The position numbers and the translations under genes are program-made. From Octopus vulgaris (taxonomy: Eukaryota), in NCBI GenBank assembly GCA_951406725.2, contig OX597831.1, positions 40,548,001-40,612,000 of the forward strand: a stretch of 64,000 nt of DNA, given 5' to 3'. Shown here piece by piece: positions 13,780-27,234 of this stretch; position 1 is the first letter of the stretch, and each line of letters begins with the position of its first letter. Under the pieces are notes generated by a model. That model was not told the origin of the DNA, searched no databases, and saw only the letters and a list, made by a program, of their open reading frames with translations.

Positions 13780-14150
13780 TAAAAATATTTATGACCACAA
13801 GAGTAGAACGTTTCATATTGTTTGTTTAATAATTGTGCCAAGTTATGAGCAAGTGTTTATGTGCAAGATTCATTCGAGTAGAATCAAGACGGAACATTTT
13901 GGCCCTTATATGGAGGTCCAGTTTAACTGATAAACCAAGATATATGGTGTAATTTTTCTGAAGTTTATGTATGTGGCCGGCTAGTGAAGTAGATTTATTG
14001 TGGTTCTTTTTTTTTTTCGGATTAAAAATAGCTAACAGGGACAGAATATCGTTGTTTAAAACTGATGGTTGCTCCAATGTAAACTTTACATTGAAAGCTG
14101 AGAAAGAGTTCTTGAGTAAGGATATGAAACATTATATAGCTATTCGCATA
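13780..14150 (-). pseudogene. Decayed GIY-YIG endonuclease domain of a Penelope-like retroelement
   Basis: Manual translation of the minus strand across frameshifts gives CKVYIGATISFKQRYSV, then NKSTSLAGHIHKLQKN, then ISWFIS*TGPPYKG. This follows the YIG..T.F+.R / STxLx+HIxxL / W...PY pattern of PLE endonucleases. Confidence 0.65.
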
Positions 14151-14562
14151 TAAGCATGTGTGTGTGTGTGTGCATGTGTTGTCACAAGTATAGGTGTATA
14201 TAAGTATATGTATATATATGTTTATATATATTCATACAAATACACACACACGCACAAACATATATGAGAAGAAACAATAAACTATACATGCTTTTGTCTA
14301 CAAATAAATGAAAAGATTACTCAATATATGGTGTACATTTTAGACCTGTAAGTAACCCATTGCTGGTTCCCTACATTGCTATATACAGTGGAAATCTCAT
14401 TATTCAATAAATTGGATATGAAATCTATAGTAATTAAATTAATCCCTATACTTAGTTGATTCCAGATGATCGACTTCAGAATGTTGTAACGCAAACCCAA
14501 ATGCAAAATGGAGAATATAAAAGCTTGATCTTGTCATTGTCCCTTTAATATTTCTCTGCTGC

Positions 14563-14797
14563 AGGGCGGCGAGCTGGCGGAAACATTAGCACGCCGAGCG
14601 AAATGCTTAGTGGTATTTCGTCTGCAGTTACGTTCTGAGTTCAAATTCCACCGAGGTCGACTTTGCCTTTCATCCTTTCGGGATCGATTAAATAAGTACC
14701 AGTTACACACTGGGCTCGATGTAATCGACTTAATCCTTTCGTCTGTCCTTGTTTGTTCCCTCTTTGTTTAGCCCCCCTGTGGGCAATAAAGAAATAA
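14563..14797 (+). mobile_element. tRNA-derived SINE family A
   Basis: Full head-body-tail match to the other family A copies. Confidence 0.9.
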
Positions 14798-14997
14798 ATA
14801 TCTTTCTGTTGTCGTTACTATAATATAATTAAGGGTTATCTCTGTGTGTTGCCGTGCGGTGTTTATGTTTTCTTGCGGTCTTCAATAAAAGAGCGGGAAA
14901 CTGCTCGAGAACAAAACCCCACACCGAAGGTTTCTTTGGTTTTAAGTTAAATTAAATTCTCTCATATAGGTTATATGGTTGTATACACTTTTATATA

Positions 14998-15054
<57 letters not shown>

Positions 15055-15680
15055 TTGGAAATGGATGTGTGGCGTTCGATCATATAGCGCACTCTACAAC
15101 CTATCTCTATTCTATCTCTCTCTCTCTTGCTCTTCTTCCTTTCTGCTTTTCTCTCCCACCCTTTTATCCAATTCTTCTCCTCTCCCCTTTACCGTTCCCT
15201 CTCTCTCTCACTCTTCCTCCTTGACTCTCTCGTTGTTCACACGTGACCAACAGCTATCTATCTTTCTTCCACTTCTTTCCTAAAGACAACACGTGCTTTT
15301 GTCTGTCTCTTCGCAAAGCTCGTTTTTCCAGCGTTCACCACTTCACCACGTTAGGGCTATACAGCCCTCAACCCTTTTTTTACTGTTTTTTTTTTCTTAC
15401 TGTCCTGCTTTTGTTACTACTTTAACCCTCCGCAAAAATCCCAAATTTTATTGAATTTGCTTTGCGGGAAGGAATGTTTTAACGAAGGCGCATCTTGTCC
15501 CTACCTTCGAACGCAGAGTAGATAAAATAGGGGACAACTGATGAAGGGGATGTTCTTTATGTTTCCTGTCACGTTTCTCTATTTCTTTCTTTCGTTGTTC
15601 GAAAAAAAGTTCGTTTTCCAAGCTTTTTTATATTCTCGTTTCTCATTTTGTTCACGTTTTGGGACATCCTGTAACCAGAT
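15055..15680 (+). mobile_element. (TA)n-flanked non-autonomous element, same family as 41981-42910, carrying a permuted hammerhead
   Basis: Colinear similarity to the reverse complement of about 42110-42600 (cgtgcttt..., tcgttgtt..aaaaaaagt.cgt, and the ribozyme block). Confidence 0.65.
15488..15549 (+). ncRNA. Non-circularly permuted hammerhead motif, partly decayed
   Basis: gcgcaT-C | TTGTCCC-ta-CCTTC-GAACGC-(14 nt)-agGGGACAA-CTGATGA-AGGGG. Stem I is 7 perfect bp; one A of GAAA is missing. Confidence 0.65.
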
Positions 15681-15781
15681 ATGCACGAATATATACATAT
15701 ATATGTAGGCATGTACATGTATGCGCGTATATATAAACACATATGTATATATATATATTATTTATATTATATATATGCATG

Positions 15782-15838
<57 letters not shown>

Positions 15839-16043
15839 TATAAATAAGAAAATGGAGAAACAATTTTGTTGGTTTATCAGCTTTAGGATATTAAAATATT
15901 GACTTATTTATTTAACAAAACGAAAACCATAATAACATACATTTATACATTAAAATTCAATACATATAGGATAAGAATACAATAAAAAAAACTTAGTATA
16001 GATTATTGAAATCATTAAAATCACTTACAGCTGTTTTAGCCTG

Positions 16044-16101
<58 letters not shown>

Positions 16102-16217
16102 TATAAAAATTCAGGGTGAATACTTGATAAATGTAAGCACCTGTATATGCCAGCTAGTAGCAGAGGTGAGAGGATATATGTATCAAATGTAATAAAAAAC
16201 AGAACACAAAGGATGTC

Positions 16218-16308
16218 GCGGTACACGTGTTTCAAGCTTTATAAACAAATTATTCTTACATCAATGTATAATCGACATAACAGATGGTTTAAAGCTCTCT
16301 TCAGCCGC
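16218..16308 (-). ncRNA. Intact type I hammerhead ribozyme
   Basis: Minus strand reads GCGG-CTGAAGA-GAGCTTTA-(loop)-TAAAGCTT-GAAACACGTGTA-CCGC. Stem I is 4 GC pairs, stem II 8 bp, stem III the palindrome ACACGTGT, cleavage triplet GUA. Confidence 0.85.
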
Positions 16309-16680
16309 AGGCAATTGCTATACCAAAGACCTGTATCACATTATGAAAAGTCCGAAAAGGAACATTTGGTATTATCTATAATGGTAGGTATATTGGGTTT
16401 CACTGAGAAAGTATGTTTGTAAATCTTCATAATCAAATAGGTGTGCAGGGTATTGTTGGACTTTGAAAATCCGTCCATACTGTATCATCAGTCAATATAG
16501 AGTGAATGCTGAGTAGATTCCAGTGGGTTCATTCTTCTTGTAAGGGAAGGAAATAAGGAGAATTGAAGGTTGAGAGAAAAGAGACTTCTTTTTCCTTTTC
16601 TTTCTCTTTTTTCTCAACCTTCAATAATTCAATCTTCCTCTATATATTTTCATTACTGTAGCTATTGTTCACATTTTCCT

Positions 16681-16950
16681 AAGGCGGCGAGCTGGCAGAA
16701 ACGTTAGCACGCCGGGCGAAATGCTTAGAGGTATTTCGTCTGCTGTTACGTTCTGAGTTCAAATTCCGCCGAGGTCGACTTTGCTTTTCATCCTTTCGGA
16801 GTCGATAAATTAAGTACCACTTACGCACTGGGGTCGATATAATCAACTTAATCCGTTTGTCTGTCCTTGTTTGTCCTCTCTGTGTTTAGCCCCTTGTGGG
16901 TAGTAAAGAAATAGGTATTTCATCTGTCTTAACCTTCTGAGTTCAAATTT
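16681..16950 (+). mobile_element. tRNA-derived SINE family A
   Basis: Near-consensus copy followed by the start of a second body. Confidence 0.9.
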
Positions 16951-17167
16951 GTGTGTGTGCGTGTGCATACACATATTATGCATGTTTGCTTCTTGTTTAC
17001 TTGGAATATTCCCATAATGAAGCGAATTTAGTTGCCAAGAACTGAAGTAACCGCAGAATTAAAAGTGCTAAATGCTTAATTCTATAAAGGTCCTTTCCAC
17101 TTTAATCCTTCTATATATGGAGCAAAACCAAATTTTAGGACAATGATGGTTAAACTGTGAGATTACA

Positions 17168-17694
<527 letters not shown>

Positions 17695-17792
17695 ACATAT
17701 ATACATATACGTATATATGTATGTATGTGTATGTATGTATGTATGTATGTATGTACGTATGTATGTACTTATCTATCTATATATCTATCTAT

Positions 17793-17861
<69 letters not shown>

Positions 17862-18304
17862 ATATACATATGTACATGTACACAGAGAGATACACGCATA
17901 TACATGCATACATAAACATGTGTTTGAGTTTATATAACGTTTGTTTGAAAAGAGAGAGACAGACAGACAGAGAGACAGGGAAAAAGAGAGATATATATTT
18001 GTAATGATAGAAGAGAAAAAGCACATTAGAACCCGCCAACTTGATGGACAGAGAGAGAAAACAGAGAGAGAGAGAGGAAGTAGAGATAGAGAGGGGGAGA
18101 GAGAGAGAGGGAAGTGAGGGGGAGAGTGAGTGTGGTAGAGTGAGAAAGGGGAAAGAGACAGAGGGGGGGAGACTAGAAAAAGAAATATCTCATGTAATTC
18201 GATCGCTACTAATTATCCTACTCTAAGAACACGTTGAAGATCTTGCGAAATTAGCTTGAAACGCTACAAGCATTCCTCACGCACACACATCTCTCTCTCT
18301 CACC

Positions 18305-18382
<78 letters not shown>

Positions 18383-18544
18383 GTCTATCTATCTATCTCT
18401 TTGCTTTAGCATTCATTGTATAACTTCTCTGAAATGGTCACCGTTCTGAACCATTCGCAGGTTCAACGTATTGCAGACATGAAATCCATATCTGGTCACC
18501 TTGATCGACTGACCGCGAGTTATATGTCTTACTCGGTGGCTCTC

Positions 18545-18866
18545 CCGTCGGTTACGACGACAAATGTTCCAATCGATCCGATCAACGGAACAGCTTGTTC
18601 GTGAAATTAACGTGCAAGTGGCTGAGCACTCAGACAGACACGTGTGCTGCCCTTAACGTAGTTCTCAGGGAGATTCAGCGTGACACGGAATATGACAAGG
18701 CTGGCCCCCTTTGAATTACAGGTACTGCTCATTTTTGTCAGCTGAGAGGACTGAAGCAATATGGAATAAAGCGTTTTGCTCAACGACACAGCGCAACAGC
18801 GGGAATTGAACTCATGACCTTATGATCGTGAGCCGGACATCGTAAACACTGAGCCATATGCCTTCA
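18545..18866 (-). mobile_element. tRNA-derived CORE-like SINE family C
   Basis: Minus-strand head with B-box gagttcaattccc and CORE-like ttgagcaaaacgctttattcc. The tail is shared with 43745-43925. Confidence 0.8.
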
Positions 18867-19202
18867 CAAAAAGTCGTACTACAAATGCAAAAGAGGTTTC
18901 ACAGTTTTCTTTGGAACTGATTGTTTCAATACAAGCGCACGCACACTCAGACACACACTTACGCACGCATACATACATACATACATACATACATACATAC
19001 ATACATACATACATACATACATACATGCATACATACATGCATGCATACATGCATACATACATACATACATACAAACATACATACATACATACATACATAC
19101 ATACATACATACATACATACATACATACATAATTTATTTTCGTATTTCGTACTTTCGTATTTCATGTTGTTTACGTTTTGTGACGTTCTGTACCCATATA
19201 TG

Positions 19203-19262
<60 letters not shown>

Positions 19263-19263
19263 C

Positions 19264-19304
<41 letters not shown>

Positions 19305-19317
19305 CATACATACATAT

Positions 19318-19376
<59 letters not shown>

Positions 19377-19408
19377 TTTAATTAAATTCACATTTAAATA
19401 TATACATA

Positions 19409-19802
19409 CTAGCAGTATCGCCCGGCGTTGCTCGGGTTGTAAGGGAAATAACTATATAAGCATTTTTAGAGAGTTATAGACAAAAAATAGCAAAAAAATG
19501 CATTAAAAATTGAAAAAAAATTAAGGTAAATTTTTTTTTAAATCGTTGACACATCGTAGATATTTTTAGAGAGTTACTTCCCTTATATAAAAGCGAAAAA
19601 ATGCATTAAAATGGAAAAATATGATGGTAAATTTTTTTTAAATCGTAGACTCATCGTAGACGCACGCTAATACCCAGAAGGGCTCGATATGAATCACGAC
19701 TATAAGATACCCGCTTTTGGTTAAACTGCACCGCAAAATGTGGGAGTAGTTAGGAATCTAAATCGTAGGAGACAGACACACAACTTCACTCTTATATAAA
19801 GA
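19409..19802 (-). mobile_element. Non-autonomous Helitron-like element
   Basis: Minus strand starts TC (a|tctttatataag) and ends with the hairpin cccgagcaacgccggg followed by CTAG|t. Inserted between A and T. Confidence 0.8.
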
Positions 19803-20811
19803 TGCTTTTTTTTTTTCAGTCATAGAGTTAGATTTATGAAGGTCTTCAGTAGAAAATCCTTCGAATTCTGACTCGCTGCTTGATATAATGAAATTCGTAT
19901 CCATTTTTTGTCAGAATTACAAATTTTGAAAACACAATAGGAACAAATTTCGGAAAAAAGTCTCCCATAATTCACGGAATTAAAATTACACTTCGATTTT
20001 TGTACAAAACTGTAGTTGAAGTATTTACGAAGTATAATACGTGTTTTCACGAATGTACTAAAGAGATTTGCTCTGATATTCTCATTTAAATATGAATAGG
20101 TAAATTCGGGCGGCTTGGTAACGATAGGGTTAAACGGATGCATACATTTATTAATCTCTTATTATAATAACTATATATAAGTGTCGTCTGTTTATACATA
20201 AACACTGTTTCATACTGCAATTATATATACATATATCTATATATAATATTATATAATAAAATATATACAGAGTAAAATAAAAACCAATTTACCTTTTCTG
20301 TCCATCCGTGTGTCTTTGCAAATGTGTTGGAATGATAAGTGAGTTGTGATTTGGCGCCTTTTTTACTAATAACAAACACACACGTGTTTGTATGTAGTTG
20401 TATGTGTATGTAGTTGTATGTAGTTGTATATGTATGTGTATGCGTGTGTGTGAGGAATGACACACATACACTCACGCACGCACACATGTACATCAATGCT
20501 TTCGGAGTGATATGTTAAAATATTGAGTTTTCTCGAATTTTGTCTTAATTGGGGGTGAAATTGAAAGAAATATATTATGGCATGAGCGAATGGAGTACTT
20601 TGAAAAATCTTAGGTAAATTCTAATTGAAGAAATTGTGTGAGGATTAAATCGTTATGTATTTATTTGTTTCTGTTTGCTGTGTTTCTTTATTTTTTGAGT
20701 AGTGGTTTAAATACTTTCAGTTTCGTCTTCCTCAAATCACTCTGTCGCTATTTACTTTCATTTTATTCGTTGCCCACTGTGTGTGTGCGTTTGCGTGTGG
20801 TGTAAACCAGA

Positions 20812-21024
20812 CTAAGAAAAGCATTTGACACACACACACCAGAATGTGAGTTTTCTGTAAATTTTGCTTAATTGGAGTTTAAATTTTAAAAACTGGACCT
20901 GGCATGACGCGATGCATTGTACTCTCAAAAATGCTAGGTAAATTGTAATTGAAGAAATCCTATATTGTAGATTTGTATAACTCCCAAAGGGAGGCAGATA
21001 AAATCTGCCTTTTATAATAAGAGA
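20812..21024 (-). mobile_element. Possible Helitron-like 5' fragment
   Basis: Minus strand starts a|tctcttattataaaaggcagattttatctgcct (TC start with a subterminal palindrome). The 3' end is unclear. Confidence 0.35.
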
Positions 21025-22059
21025 TACATACACGTATATATATTTGTGGGTATATGCGTACACATATGTAAATTTGTGCATATAAACATTTTTTCTCTTT
21101 CCAACATACTAAATTTTTATCCTTGCACGCATACACACACACAAATACATACACACACACACACACTCACACGCACCAACAAACATATATAGACATATAC
21201 ACAAACTTATTTACAAACACACACACATACACCTATATAATTCATACCTGGTTAAGTGCATACTTTCAAAGAGATAAACGAGCTAATCTTGTAGACTGAT
21301 GTATGCGTGAATTAACTCAAAGCGTGTCGTTTATAGAGAAAATGATTTTGCAATAGGTTTGCCATAAACTGTTCTTTATTCGAATGTCGTTAGGCTTTTG
21401 AGCAGACGACCGTTTCTTTATTTGATTTGTGTTCCGTTTTTTTTATTTTTATTTTTTTTTTTGTGTGTTCCTGTTTTATAACTGCGCAAAGTATTTGACA
21501 GATAAGTGTGTTACTGAGGACAACACATCTCAGAGCATGTCGGCTTCTAAAGAAAAGAGAGAAGACAAAGAAATAGCACAAGAAACAAACTCCAATAAAT
21601 AAAAAATCAATCAATGCACAACAACAGTTACACCAACAACAACAACAACAACAACAACAATGGCAACAATAGCAACAAGAGAAAGAACAAGCAAGACATT
21701 GAATCTAAACTATTGCCTGAGAAAAACTTCAAAAGGATGGATTCCAGTAAAAGAAGAGACAAACGAAGCGTTTCATATGATAAAAAACATGTGTACATAT
21801 ACAATCCGGCATACAGACGCATACACAAAAGCGCAAATACACACGTACGCAGACATACACACACATACATACACATAGGCACATACACATGCACATGTAA
21901 AGATGCACATACATACATACATACATACATACATACATACATTCATACATACAATACATACATACAATACATACATACATACATACATACATAATACATA
22001 CATACATACATACATACATACAATACATACATACATACATACATACATACATACATACA

Positions 22060-22093
<34 letters not shown>

Positions 22094-22186
22094 CATACAT
22101 ACATACAAGAGAAGACATGTTTACCTGTTTTTTATGCGTATATTCGTGCGTAGCATAAATATCATATTTGAGTGTGTTCATGAATT

Positions 22187-22222
<36 letters not shown>

Positions 22223-22452
22223 CGTGTGTGCGTGCGTGTGTGCATGAACGTCTGTGTGTGGCTGAAGTGTGTGTGTGCTGTGTGTGACTGTCTGTGTGTA
22301 TGTATTTACAGACCCTGTCTCCCTCTATATGTGTCTGTGTATGTGTATGTGTGTGTGTGTGCATGTGTGTGTGAGTGTGTGTGTAAATCCAAACATGCTT
22401 ACTTCATACGTAAATTGCCACGAAAACATGCATACATGTACGTGTATGTATG

Positions 22453-22502
<50 letters not shown>

Positions 22503-22818
22503 TGTGTGTATACACACACACACATACATACATAAATACATGCATGTGTGTGTATGCATCTATGTATGTGAATGTATGTATGTGTATGTATGTCTCTCTG
22601 TGTGTTTGTATGTATGTATACATATGGGTATATGTATATATGTATGCATGTATGCATGTATGTATGTGCATATATGCATGAGTACAGCGAACAATGAATG
22701 CATATAAATGCAGATTTCAAGATTTATGTCTAGTTATATACATTTGAACTTATGCAAGTGCATATGCCCTTATGCATATATTTATATACAAACATGTAAA
22801 TCTGTATGTACAATATAT

Positions 22819-22870
<52 letters not shown>

Positions 22871-23640
22871 ATATCCGCAGGATGAAAAATAGATGGTATT
22901 GATTATTTTGGATGTTGGCGAAAATATTGCTCTTTTAGTACCCACATCTGTTAGGTTGAACTTCGACAAAAACAATTTGTGTGTACTCGTGCGTGTGTGT
23001 GTGTGTGTGTGTGTGTTTATGTGTGTGTGTGTACGTGCTTATACGCGTGGCAGTGTTAACGTATAGATATAGAGAAGAAATATGATCCATTAAAATTCCA
23101 TGACTGCATTTGTAGACATACATATATTATTCACACAAACATATATACATACATATATATATTATTCACACAAACATATATGCATACATATATATATTAT
23201 TCACACAAACATATATGCATACATAGACGCACACACACAAATACACACACTCACACACAGACACATATTGACATACATACATGTATGTATTGACATACAT
23301 ACATACATGCATACATGTATACATAATATTATAATTTAGTACTTCGGTTCAATCAACGTTTCGATATAAAAAAAGTGTCATTAAGATTAAGCCATATTGT
23401 AAACAGATTTTAAACAATAGATTTTGTTCAAATATATGTCCAGTCATATATTTACAAAGGCTAAGTATCAACACAATCGATATTATTATTATCATTATTA
23501 TTATTATTATCATTATTATAGTTGTTGTTGTTGATGTTATCCTACACTCAACAAATATCTAAAAAGATAACCCCTGCAATGAAGCTGGGGAATTTTCTAG
23601 TGTGTTGGTCCCAATAATACATGTGTGTTGGTCCCAATAA

Positions 23641-23678
<38 letters not shown>

Positions 23679-23692
23679 CGATTATAGAGTGC

Positions 23693-24052
23693 TGGAGTGG
23701 CTGTGTGGTTAGTAGCTTGCTTACCAACCACATGGTTCTGGGTTCAGTCCCACTGCGTGGCACTTTGGGCAAGTGTCTTCTACTGTAGCCTCAGGCCGAC
23801 CAAAGCTTTGTGAGTGAATTTGGTAGACGGAAACTGAAACAAGCCTGTCTAAGTTTATGTTTGTTCTCCCCACCATCGCTTGACAACCGATGTTGGTGTG
23901 TTTAACCCCCCCCCCCCCTGTAACTTAGCGGTTCGGCAAAAGAGACTGATAGGATAAGTATTAGGCTTACGAATAATAAGTCTTAGTGTTGATGTATTCG
24001 ACTGAAGGTGGTGCTCCAGCAAGGCCGCAGCCAAATGCCTGAAACAAATAAA
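23693..24052 (+). mobile_element. tRNA-derived SINE family B
   Basis: Colinear with 55651-56060. Confidence 0.85.
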
Positions 24053-24141
24053 TGATCAAAATAATTATATATATTGGCCTTAAGCATGAATCCGAAAAAA
24101 GAAGTACACACTAAGTTATAGAGCGGTATATATTAAAGTTA

Positions 24142-24510
24142 AGCGGCGAGCTGGCAGAAACGTTAGCACGCCGGGCGAAATGCTTATCGGTATTTCGTCT
24201 GCCGCTACGTTCTGAGTTCAAATTCCGCCGAGGTCGACTTTGCCTTTCATCCTTTTGGGGTCGATTAAATAAGTACCAGTTACACACTGGGCTCGATGTA
24301 ATCGACTTAATCCTTTCGTCTGTCCTTGTTTGTTCCCTCTTTGTTTAGCCCCCCTGTGGGCAATAAAGAAATAAATATCTTTCTGTTGTCGTTACTATAA
24401 TATAATTAAGGGTTATCTCTGTGTGTTGCCGTGCGTAATCGACTTAATCCGTTTGTCTGTCCATGTTTGTCCTCTCCGTGTTTAGCCCCTTGTGGGTAGT
24501 AAAGAAATAG
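24142..24510 (+). mobile_element. SINE family A with a 17-bp target-site duplication and an internal captured segment
   Basis: ggtatatattaaagtta occurs at 24125-24141 and 24510-24526. 24261-24435 is identical to 14684-14858. Confidence 0.9.
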
Positions 24511-24691
24511 GTATATATTAAAGTTAGCTAAGGCCGATTTTTGGAATTACCTGACGTTGCACGTCCATAAAAGGCTTGGCTTTATGGCTTATCATACCCG
24601 TATGTGCGTATATAGTGAGGGCGGATGAATGTACATACACTGATGTTTATGTCAACCTTTATAAATAGATTACTTAACATTCATAAGGCAA

Positions 24692-25120
24692 CTAGCAGCA
24701 TAGCCCGGCGTTGCCCGGGTATGTAAGAGCCCCTAGCAGGCAACGACTAATCCCAATCTAGTCCTTTCCCTCTAGGGAACGAAGGCGCATGTGTAGGTTG
24801 CAATGTCTTCTCTTCACTCGAATACTTCTGTGTATACGATGTTCCTAGCTGTCCCTAGCTGTCGAGTTGTGTCCCCTAGACAGAAAATGTGTTGCATATA
24901 AAAAGCTTAGATTCTCGACCCCATGTCGAATTTATCGATTTTTTTCAGAACTGGAGGAACTTTTCAAAATTTTCGCTGCGTTAGTTTTGATTTATGACAT
25001 TGGGCTATGTGTGTGTCAAGTTTCATCAGAATCGGTTGAAAGCCGTTGTCAGGGTGAGGGTACAACCTGACAGACACACAGACACACAGACAAACAAACT
25101 GCCGTTTATATAGAGAGAGA
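24692..25120 (-). mobile_element. Non-autonomous Helitron-like element
   Basis: Minus strand starts a|tctctctctatataaac, has a (gtct)-type microsatellite near the 5' end, and ends with the hairpin cccgggcaacgccggg then CTAG|t. Confidence 0.8.
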
Positions 25121-25517
25121 TCTATGTGTTTATATATGTTTCTCTGTCTTTGTCAATATCTCTATGGGCGTTTCTTTGTGTATGTGAGTGCTTGTTATTT
25201 ATATTGCTTTGAAATGTTTTCTATACATGTGGACTCCTGCAAAACGTTTATACATCTGATTCTACATGCGTACGATCTCACGCAGCAAGCAAGCAAGCAC
25301 ACTCACCTTTGAATGTGTAATGTGCGTGTATGTGTTTATATCTGTGAGTGTGTGAGTGTGTATATTTGTATGTACGTGTTATTGCACAATATATCAAAAG
25401 TCAGCGCGAAAAACATATGCATGTTATTTAATTTTTGTCTTTCCCACTCTGTTTGTAATCTATGTGTTTATCTGGCACACGTCTACTTCTGCCTGCAGAT
25501 GTACCGAGGCATGTATA

Positions 25518-25554
<37 letters not shown>

Positions 25555-25561
<7 letters not shown>

Positions 25562-26146
25562 TAAATAAATGGTACAACGAAGTACCGATATTTACTGGAA
25601 ATAGCGAACGTAATAAATACGACGCTAATGTATAGCTTCACTGCGTATGTACTAGTAAAGATGCGTGTGTGCAACAAACATGAAAAAAATTGTCTTACCT
25701 TTAGGAAGAACATCTGAAAAATGAAAAACCTAGATATCGGATAATGCAGTACCGGTTTCGGATTTTTCAAAATACGAATGCCAATCGTATAATTGATTTA
25801 TCCTCATCAGCTGCATAAACCTCAACAATATTTCAAATGTTGCCACATCTATACCAGTACACTCGTCTGAACGCCAAAACGTTAACAGAGCGAGAACAGT
25901 GAAGAAGTTTCAATGAAAATAGTAATGCAATACGAGAGTATTGCTTTCCAGTAAAGAATAGCCCGTGAGGGTAAAATTATACATAAAAGTAAATAAATAG
26001 TACAACGAAGTACCGATATTTACTGGAAATAGCGAACGTAATAAATACGACGCTAATGTACCATTTATTTACTCTTATGTATAATTTTACCCTCACGGGC
26101 TATTCTTTACTGGAAAACAATACTCTCGTATTGCATTACTAATTTC

Positions 26147-26147
<1 letters not shown>
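25555..26147 (-). mobile_element. (TA)n-flanked hammerhead element: 428-bp unit with 78-bp terminal redundancy and a roughly 90-bp inverted duplication
   Basis: Direct repeat 25555-25632 / 25983-26060, inverted repeat 25914-26004 / 26057-26147, HHR at 25744-25816. Confidence 0.85.
25744..25816 (-). ncRNA. Intact type I hammerhead ribozyme
   Basis: Minus strand reads ATGCAG-CTGATGA-GGAT-(insert with tacga/tcgta hairpin)-ATCC-GAAACCGGTA-CTGCAT. Stem I is 6 bp, G10.1-C11.1 is present, stem III is the palindrome ACCGGT, cleavage triplet GUA. Confidence 0.9.
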
Positions 26148-26183
<36 letters not shown>

Positions 26184-26477
26184 AAATTTAGAGAATGGAG
26201 TTTTCATAGCTAGCGGAACCTCAGAAGTAGTAATTATCCAAGCGAGGGCTAGACCACAAGATACTCTTCCGGCTAAGGATTTCCTGATTACTTGAAGTTT
26301 ATATTGTCGTTGTGTATATATATGTAATAGATACGGATGTGGCTGTGTTGTAAGAAGCTTGTTTCCCAATCACATGGTTCCGATTTCAGTCCCACTGCGT
26401 GGCATTTTGGTCGACTGACTTCTACTATAACCTCAGCCCGACCAAATCTTTGTGAGTGGATTTGAAAGAAGCTCATC

Positions 26478-26603
<126 letters not shown>

Positions 26604-26842
26604 AATGAAAAGAAGAAGGCAAAGAAAATTCTTGAACACATCTTTAATTTGAAGTTACAGATGTTTCTGTGTCATCTACATTTGCAACACTAGTTTACGC
26701 GAACTTCTAAAAAAACAAAAAAACAAAGTGCGTTGTATTTGCGGCTGTTCAAAGAAGACTTCAAATGTAAATAAGCGAGAAAATGGACAAACCTTGGCAT
26801 CGTGATGTTATCAAAAAAAAGGTTTTAGTCCTCAAGGACATT

Positions 26843-27233
26843 CTTTTTTACTCTAGGCACAAAGCCCGAAATTTTTGGGGAGGGGGTCAGCCGAGTAGAT
26901 CCGACCTCAGTACAAAACTGGTAACTTAATTTATCGACCCCGAAAGGAGAAAAGGCGAAGTCGACCTCGGCTGAATTTGAACTCTGAACGTAAAGACAGA
27001 CGAAATACCTATTTCTCTACTACGCACAACGGGCTAAACACAGAGAGGGCGAACAAGGACAGACAAACGGATTAAGTCGATTATATCGACCCCAGTGCGT
27101 AACTGGTACTTATTTAATCGACTCCAAAAGGATGAAAGGCAAAGTCGACCCCGGCGGAATTTGAACTCAGAACGTAACGGCAGACAAAATACCGCTAAGC
27201 ATTTCGCCCGGCGTGTTAACGATTCTGCCAGCT
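26843..27233 (-). mobile_element. SINE family A, dimeric copy
   Basis: Reverse complement of head plus two bodies with the terminal ttgtgcctagagtaaaaaag tail. Confidence 0.9.
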
Positions 27234-27234
27234 T

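Noticed and set aside
13880-13892. In-frame TGA in the GIY-YIG relic as a recoded selenocysteine
   Set aside because: The segment has multiple other stops and frameshifts, and the TGA is not at an expected Cys position.
23351-23388. Minus-strand aatc-TTAATGA...GAAACGTT-gatt hammerhead relic
   Set aside because: Stem I fits, but two core changes and a poor stem II make it too weak to list as a feature; counted only as a possible relic.
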